From: Bacillus massiliigorillae
Lineage (GTDB): Bacteria; Bacillota; Bacilli; Bacillales; DSM-1321
NCBI RefSeq assembly: GCF_000380245.2
Contig: NZ_HG428741.1
Span: 1,546,654 to 1,578,653 of the forward strand
Reading direction: 5' to 3'
Length of the DNA stretch: 32,000 nucleotides
In this document: positions 27,055 to 32,000 of the stretch, piece by piece
How the letters are laid out: each line of letters starts with the position of its first letter
How positions within the stretch are numbered: the stretch's first letter is position 1
Program-made: the position numbers and the translations under genes
Notes under the pieces: generated by a model
Databases searched by the model: none
What the model saw: only the letters and a program-made list of their open reading frames with translations
What the model was told of the DNA's origin: nothing

Positions 27055-27277
27055 TACTAAATTAACAAATTTCAATTTGTCTAATAGATAAAGGATAATA
27101 GAGTTGAGGAAGCGTTTGTTCTGCCGGATGGGAATGAGATGAAAACTGAAAATGATTGTAAATATCAGGATAATAACAGAGAAGAGTGAAAATACACTAT
27201 TTTTAAAGATATTATCTGAAGAAAAATGTCATAACAGTAAGTAATAGTAGTGATTTTTTCAGTTTAGGAGAGTAGAA

Positions 27278-30200
27278 ATGACAAACATAGAGAAGAAGAA
27301 AGTACTTGAAATACTTGATTTTTGGAAGACGATAGAACTTTTAAATCAAGTAGATATCCCACAGGAGAGTGAAGACAATAAGAAAGTAGTAAAAAAGATT
27401 ACAAGAGGTGAACTGATTGATAGTAGTTTGGACAAGATTTCAATATTTACCAGTCTAAACGTGCCTTCGATTGATCTTTCTGATAAATTAAAAACCGACA
27501 AGGAGAAATTTTCTCGATTTCCTGGCGAGGGGGCAGATTTGTCATTCCTTTTTGGTAGAATTAAAAGGAATGACATGGTTGATTATCTTGCTAAATTTGT
27601 GAAGAATCATGATGAACAGCCAGACATAGCCTATCCGAAAAGAAGCGAGATTGCATGGTTCTCATTTAAAACTGATTCGGAAGGCATTTATCAGAAGAAT
27701 TCATTCCAGCTATCTCCACTTTTGTGGGCTATTTCTGTATGGAATAAAAAAGTCAATGGATTTTCTTTGAACTCGATTGATTATGATGATGAGACCAAAA
27801 AGTATGACAGTTGGCTTCAGGAAGCAGAGGAGTTATTTGCTGTATTGCCTTCTGTGTTTTCAGATATTCATAATTCATATGTGAAGACAATAACGCCGGA
27901 ACTTCCTGCTGATTATATAGGACTCTTTATCTATGACAGATACAAGAATGATGAGGCAAAGGATAAAGACGAAAATCCAGAAGATTATGCAAGTTTAGGT
28001 AAGAGCTTTTTTTTGGATGATATCGTTTTGCTCATAGATGAAATCAAAGCAGGAAAATTTGGAGAGGGTTCTGATTATGAGCGTAAAGTGATAAATTATA
28101 TTTTGTCTGCACATAATAAAACTGCAGGAATTATTCCAGCAAATTGTATATCTATTTCTCCAAAGGAAGAGCGTCAGAAGATGATGAATTTCTTTCAAAA
28201 TACCCTTAATATCAAAAATGCTCCACTAGGAAAGTGGCCTGCTAAATTCATGCCTGCTCTTATGCAACAGGTGGCAGTGAATCTTGCGATAGATGAAAAA
28301 GCACACACGGAAGTATTTTCTGTTAATGGTCCTCCTGGCACCGGAAAGACAACACTTCTCAAAGAAATCGTATCTAGCAATATAGTAAAAAGAGCTGAGC
28401 TGTTAGCGGAAGCGGCACATTCAGATCCGGACGATGCTTATGAGAGGTGTTCATTTACACAGGGACCGTTGGTTAGTAAGGGATATTTTCAGTATGCACC
28501 ATCTTATTTTAAGCTGAAGAATGATAAAATCAATCAATATGGAATGTTAGTGGCATCATGTAATAATTCGGCTGTTGAAAATATCACTGCAGACCTTCCT
28601 AAAAGTGATGACATTCTCAAGAGTCTTGAACCTTCAAAAGATGATGATGTATCGGTGGCGTCAGGATTGAATGAAGTTCATGATTTGTTTGACGTCGAAA
28701 AATCAGAAGATATTGAGCAAATAAAGATATCTGGTGAAATAAAAGAAGTGCGTGATATTTATTTCACGCGCTATGCTAATAAACTCCTAAATAGAAATGA
28801 CTGCTGGGGTCTTGTATCAGCTCCGTTTGGAAAACGTGCTAATATAAACAAGTACTGTGTATCTGTACTTAAAAAGTTTATTAACGATTATAAGCTTAAC
28901 AATGTGCGTGAGAAACATCGAAAGAAATATGTAGAGCAGAGAGAATGCTTTCTTAGACAGCTTAAGATTGTGAAAGAACTTGAGAAAGAGTTGGAAATCC
29001 TGTGTGACTATGCAAAGTCTTTGCCATTGACTAATGAGAATATTTCTGAGGATGATCTTGATAGAAAAATAAAAGAAAATTATGCATATGTAATGGAACT
29101 TGAGGAATCAAGACCTAGGGGATTATTCGGAAGATTGAAGAAAGATTCTACACGAGACAATTTGATATCAGAGAAAAAGATTGAGATCGAAGTTTTGAAA
29201 AAGCAAAAAGACGGTCTTTCAAAAATTGCTAGCTATCATAATCTTTTAAGCAGACATAGCGAAGGTGCTGAGAAGCTTACTCCTATTGATTCATCTTTTA
29301 TGGATAGATATGTATCGCTTGATGAGAGAGCATCAACGTGGGCACAGGATACAAATCCTTGGTTTACAGAGCATTACAACAGGGAGCGTGAAAAGCTGTT
29401 CTTGTATGCTTGTAAACTTCATAAGGAATTTGTAATTTCCTCTAAATCGTTTAGGCAAAATGTAATCAATCTTTTGATCGCATGGGATATGTATGATGAT
29501 TGTGATGAACGTATGGGTGAGAAAGACAGAATAGATGCCTTCCCAGCATTGATTCAGAATGTATTTCTCATTACCCCGGTTATATCAACTACATTTGCGT
29601 CTGCACAGACCTTCTTACGTGATATAAAGAGTCCGGGTACCCTTGGAACGCTTATTGTGGATGAAGCAGGGCAGGCACAACCTCAGATGGCGGTTGGAGC
29701 TTTGATGCGATGCAGAAGAGCTATAATTGTTGGAGATCCTAAGCAAATTGAGCCGGTTGTGACGGAAGAAACAGACATGATTAAAAGTCTTCTTACATCT
29801 GATTTACTTACACCATATAAGGACAAGAAAATATCTGTACAAGGCTTTGCTGATTATATTAATAGCTATGGCACTTTTCTTGGAGAAGATGAAGAAAAAG
29901 AGTGGGTTGGATGTCCGCTTACTGTACATAGACGTTGTATAGATCCGATGTATAGCATATCAAATCACCTTTCTTATGAAGACACTATGAAACAGCAGAC
30001 AGCACCACCAAAGGAAAACGCTGTGAAGACCTTTATCTTGGATAAGTCATATTGGATAAATGTTAAAGGTGAGGAACAGTCCGGCAATAAGAACCATTAT
30101 GTACCGTCACAAGGTCAGATTGTTCTAAAGCTTCTCGAAGAAAAATTCAAGAAAGACAGTAGTAATATACCGAAATTGTTTATTATTACACCATTCACGT

Positions 30201-30772
30201 CCGTGAAGAAGGGAATGATTGATGCACTAAGCAAATCGGATTTCTATAGACGTGAACCACGTGTAAGAAAATGGTTAAAAGATAAAAATATCGGAACTGT
30301 TCATACATTCCAAGGACAAGGAACAGATGAGGTTATATTCTTGCTTGGTTGCGATAAATCATCTGTAAAGGCGGCAAACTGGGTAAATAAAAATATTGTG
30401 AATGTGGCAGCCACAAGAGCTAAATACCGTCTATATATTATAGGAGACAAGGAAGTATGGAGTTGTAAGCCTGTGAAAGTTGCACGCGATACAGTTAATA
30501 ATGAGATATCATCGGATAATTTGATGACAATGCTATCAGGTTTTGAAAATACAGAGTCAGTTCTGGCACCTGCAATTCAAACTGCTGAAGTCAAAAAAAT
30601 GGAATTTACAACACAGGAAAAGAAGCGCGAGGTAGCGACTTTATCGGGAAACATATCAAAGGTCTGCCCGAAATGCGGAAAACCGCTTGTAGAACGAAAA
30701 AGTGAGTATGGAGTTTTTTATGGATGTAAAGGGTTTCCTAAGTGTAGATATACTGAGAGTACTAAGAAATAA
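27278..30772 (+). CDS. 1164-aa SF1 helicase of the Upf1/Dna2-like (AAA_11/AAA_12) type with unknown ~340-aa N-domain, coiled-coil insertion and C-terminal topoisomerase-type C4 zinc ribbon
   Basis: GGAG RBS. Walker A GPPGTGKTT (28328-28354), motif II DEAGQ (29660-29674), VGDPKQIEPV, HTFQGQGTDEVIF and VAATRAKYRLYIIG. Zinc ribbon CPKCGKPLVERKSEYGVFYGCKGFPKC (30665-30745). Confidence 0.9.
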   Translation: MTNIEKKKVLEILDFWKTIELLNQVDIPQESEDNKKVVKKITRGELIDSSLDKISIFTSLNVPSIDLSDKLKTDKEKFSRFPGEGADLSFLFGRIKRNDMVDYLAKFVKNHDEQPDIAYPKRSEIAWFSFKTDSEGIYQKNSFQLSPLLWAISVWNKKVNGFSLNSIDYDDETKKYDSWLQEAEELFAVLPSVFSDIHNSYVKTITPELPADYIGLFIYDRYKNDEAKDKDENPEDYASLGKSFFLDDIVLLIDEIKAGKFGEGSDYERKVINYILSAHNKTAGIIPANCISISPKEERQKMMNFFQNTLNIKNAPLGKWPAKFMPALMQQVAVNLAIDEKAHTEVFSVNGPPGTGKTTLLKEIVSSNIVKRAELLAEAAHSDPDDAYERCSFTQGPLVSKGYFQYAPSYFKLKNDKINQYGMLVASCNNSAVENITADLPKSDDILKSLEPSKDDDVSVASGLNEVHDLFDVEKSEDIEQIKISGEIKEVRDIYFTRYANKLLNRNDCWGLVSAPFGKRANINKYCVSVLKKFINDYKLNNVREKHRKKYVEQRECFLRQLKIVKELEKELEILCDYAKSLPLTNENISEDDLDRKIKENYAYVMELEESRPRGLFGRLKKDSTRDNLISEKKIEIEVLKKQKDGLSKIASYHNLLSRHSEGAEKLTPIDSSFMDRYVSLDERASTWAQDTNPWFTEHYNREREKLFLYACKLHKEFVISSKSFRQNVINLLIAWDMYDDCDERMGEKDRIDAFPALIQNVFLITPVISTTFASAQTFLRDIKSPGTLGTLIVDEAGQAQPQMAVGALMRCRRAIIVGDPKQIEPVVTEETDMIKSLLTSDLLTPYKDKKISVQGFADYINSYGTFLGEDEEKEWVGCPLTVHRRCIDPMYSISNHLSYEDTMKQQTAPPKENAVKTFILDKSYWINVKGEEQSGNKNHYVPSQGQIVLKLLEEKFKKDSSNIPKLFIITPFTSVKKGMIDALSKSDFYRREPRVRKWLKDKNIGTVHTFQGQGTDEVIFLLGCDKSSVKAANWVNKNIVNVAATRAKYRLYIIGDKEVWSCKPVKVARDTVNNEISSDNLMTMLSGFENTESVLAPAIQTAEVKKMEFTTQEKKREVATLSGNISKVCPKCGKPLVERKSEYGVFYGCKGFPKCRYTESTKK

Positions 30773-30858
30773 AGCTATCCATTAAGACTTCTCGATATGT
30801 TTGGCCAAACGTAGACATACCAAATGAAGTCTCGTGCCATGTGGAATGTATAACCACT

Positions 30859-30899
30859 ATCAAATAGCGATGCAAATTCTGTATGCATCGCTATTTGAT
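30859..30899 (+). terminator. 16-bp perfect hairpin 87 nt downstream of the helicase stop; right copy of the 14066 repeat pair
   Basis: ATCAAATAGCGATGCA (30859-30874) pairs with TGCATCGCTATTTGAT (30884-30899). The downstream T-run is weak, so terminator function is uncertain. Confidence 0.45.
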
Positions 30900-31237
30900 T
30901 TAAGTGTAATGGCATGTCGATGTCTGCTAACCAAATGCTAACATTTTGCTAACGAAACCTAATAAATTGCATTTAACTTCAGTTAAAGATATTATACATA
31001 AGATGAGTGAAACGTTGATTTGACGCAGTTTTTTTCTTCTATCGGGAAACATATTACACTTTAAAACTATATGGGCGGCATGATGTAATATGTCTGTTGT
31101 ATTTACTTAAATAGAATAAGGTAAACATTACTACATCAATTTATCTATTATCACCATCCAAGGCGAGATGGAGTGAGTAGATAAATATAAGGTACACCCT
31201 ACCACATCTCCCTTAATATTCATTTATACAGAATGCA

Positions 31238-31340
31238 CAAAAATTGCACGGAATTTCTAGAAACAATGGAATTAAGAGACTTATATTGCATAAATAATCA
31301 TAACTACCTTGATTTAACGGACTCTATGGAATCAATTTAT
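31238..31340 (+). repeat. right copy of the ~102-nt imperfect direct repeat (partner 23012-23113)
   Basis: See the 23012-23113 feature; same orientation. Confidence 0.8.
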
Positions 31341-31374
31341 ACAAAAACACTGAATAAAAGTAAATTTGCAAGAT

Positions 31375-31416
31375 TGACAGGGATGAGGGTTTGGGGTTCG
31401 AATCCCTCTCGGGTCA
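31375..31416 (+). other. tRNA 3'-end-like remnant (T-arm plus acceptor 3' strand), no complete tRNA
   Basis: TGGGG-TTCGAAT-CCCTC (31392-31408) resembles a T-arm with the canonical TTCGAAT loop. It is followed by TCGGGTC-A. No complementary 5' acceptor strand (GACCCGA) was seen in the ~65 nt upstream that I read through (31320-31385), and there is no encoded CCA. Confidence 0.45.
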
Positions 31417-31663
31417 TTTAAAATAAATCGCTTGGGATTAGCAACAAATCAACCTTATAAGTTCGAGGGAAAAGGTCAGTTCTGGGTTCTATGAAATCTT
31501 TTTGGGCTATCAGTTTGCGCTACGCTACAAGGATATTTTGTAGGGTATATCACTCATACAGGAATAAATAAGGTTAAAATCATCGATAAAACTGGTAATA
31601 TTTCGAATCAAAAAGGATGATTTAACAAACTTTTCACCATACATAATAGACGTTGCTAAAGAA

Positions 31664-31822
31664 ATGGATGATGATCTTGATACTACTATTCAATATTACA
31701 ATCAAGCTATGTGGGAACAGAAGGAATCTCTACAAAAGCTATATGAAGCCTATGCTCAAGAAATAGAGGAACGTGTAATGCAGATTGATAAGCTTAAGAG
31801 TTTCGGCTTTACTATTAAGTAA
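31664..31822 (+). CDS. possible small coiled-coil protein (52 aa) or 3' fragment of a longer gene
   Basis: MDDDLDTTIQYYNQAMWEQKESLQKLYEAYAQEIEERVMQIDKLKSFGFTIK*. The frame is open upstream to 31568 without a start codon. No clear RBS. Confidence 0.3.
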   Translation: MDDDLDTTIQYYNQAMWEQKESLQKLYEAYAQEIEERVMQIDKLKSFGFTIK

Positions 31823-32000
31823 TGGAAGCCTTCTAACTCATAAGTTTTGTGAATGTACGTGGAACTGACAAGGGCCACTCCCTAATTAATCATCATTCAT
31901 TATAATAGTTACTATTTATTATTTTAAGATAGTATTTCAACTTAACTAGAATAAAATTAAAATTACCAATTTAAATGGTGATGATGTACAAATTCATATC

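Noticed and set aside
27346-28380. Minus-strand ORFs within the helicase gene (27346-27576, 27995-28198, 28195-28380)
   Set aside because: They are antisense shadows of a CDS with a complete helicase motif set.
30790-30925. 46-aa minus-strand ORF (MPLHLNQIAMHTEFASLFDSGYTFHMARDFIWYVYVWPNISRSLNG) overlapping the 30859-30899 hairpin
   Set aside because: It is short, has no RBS, and the open frame upstream lacks a start. It may be the C-terminal scrap of a disrupted gene, and I cannot assign it.
31139-31186. Imperfect ~20-nt inverted repeat (ATTTATCTATTATCACCATC ... GATGGAGTGAGTAGATAAAT)
   Set aside because: Only the outer 9 nt and a few inner positions pair. No flanking feature gives it meaning, so it could be chance or an eroded element end.
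31233-31421. 62-aa ORF MHKNCTEFLETMELRD...
   Set aside because: It spans the non-coding direct repeat (whose other copy at 23012 is not in an equivalent ORF) and the tRNA-like remnant, so it is a chance ORF.
1-32000. CRISPR arrays, rRNA genes, intact tRNA genes
   Set aside because: I saw no regularly spaced short direct repeats, no rRNA-like conserved blocks, and no complete cloverleaf. Only a tRNA 3'-end-like fragment is present at 31375-31416.

Overview
Low-GC Firmicute (Bacillaceae-like) chromosomal window: AGGAGG-type RBSs, TTG starts and a Spo0E-family gene. The left ~14 kb is mostly core-like metabolism. It holds a LacI-type regulator, ribokinase, nucleoside hydrolase, NupC and PnuC, linked by four TGTAAnCGnTTACA operator-like palindromes, followed by a phosphoketolase. 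This core part is interrupted at ~2.6-5.8 kb by a decayed islet: a gntP fragment, ORFs with in-frame stops, a frameshifted HEPN-like ORF and a methyltransferase fragment. The right ~17 kb (about 14.1-31.4 kb) is an accessory mosaic containing: (1) an internally deleted TnpB element with a conserved omega-RNA-like end; (2) a small Spo0E-like gene; (3) a ~1.2 kb ORF desert that is a decayed tyrosine-integrase gene; (4) a tightly coupled six-gene operon at 17165-22981; (5) nested IS debris (an IS110 fragment and two more TnpB copies); (6) a GNAT pseudogene; (7) a stand-alone 1164-aa Upf1/Dna2-like SF1 helicase with an uncharacterised N-domain and a topoisomerase-type zinc ribbon. The six-gene operon encodes a classic AAA+ ATPase with an in-frame TAG, a TPR protein, an 85-aa disordered basic protein, an M48-like protein lacking HExxH, a single-TM protein, and an 850-aa TPR-TM-Big_2/FN3 protein. 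Two pairs of imperfect direct repeats and a tRNA 3'-end-like remnant bracket parts of the accessory region. The six-gene AAA+ operon and the solitary helicase are the best candidates for an undescribed (possibly conflict/defence) system. All functional calls rest on motif reading by eye; no database search was possible. No CRISPR array, rRNA or intact tRNA was seen.
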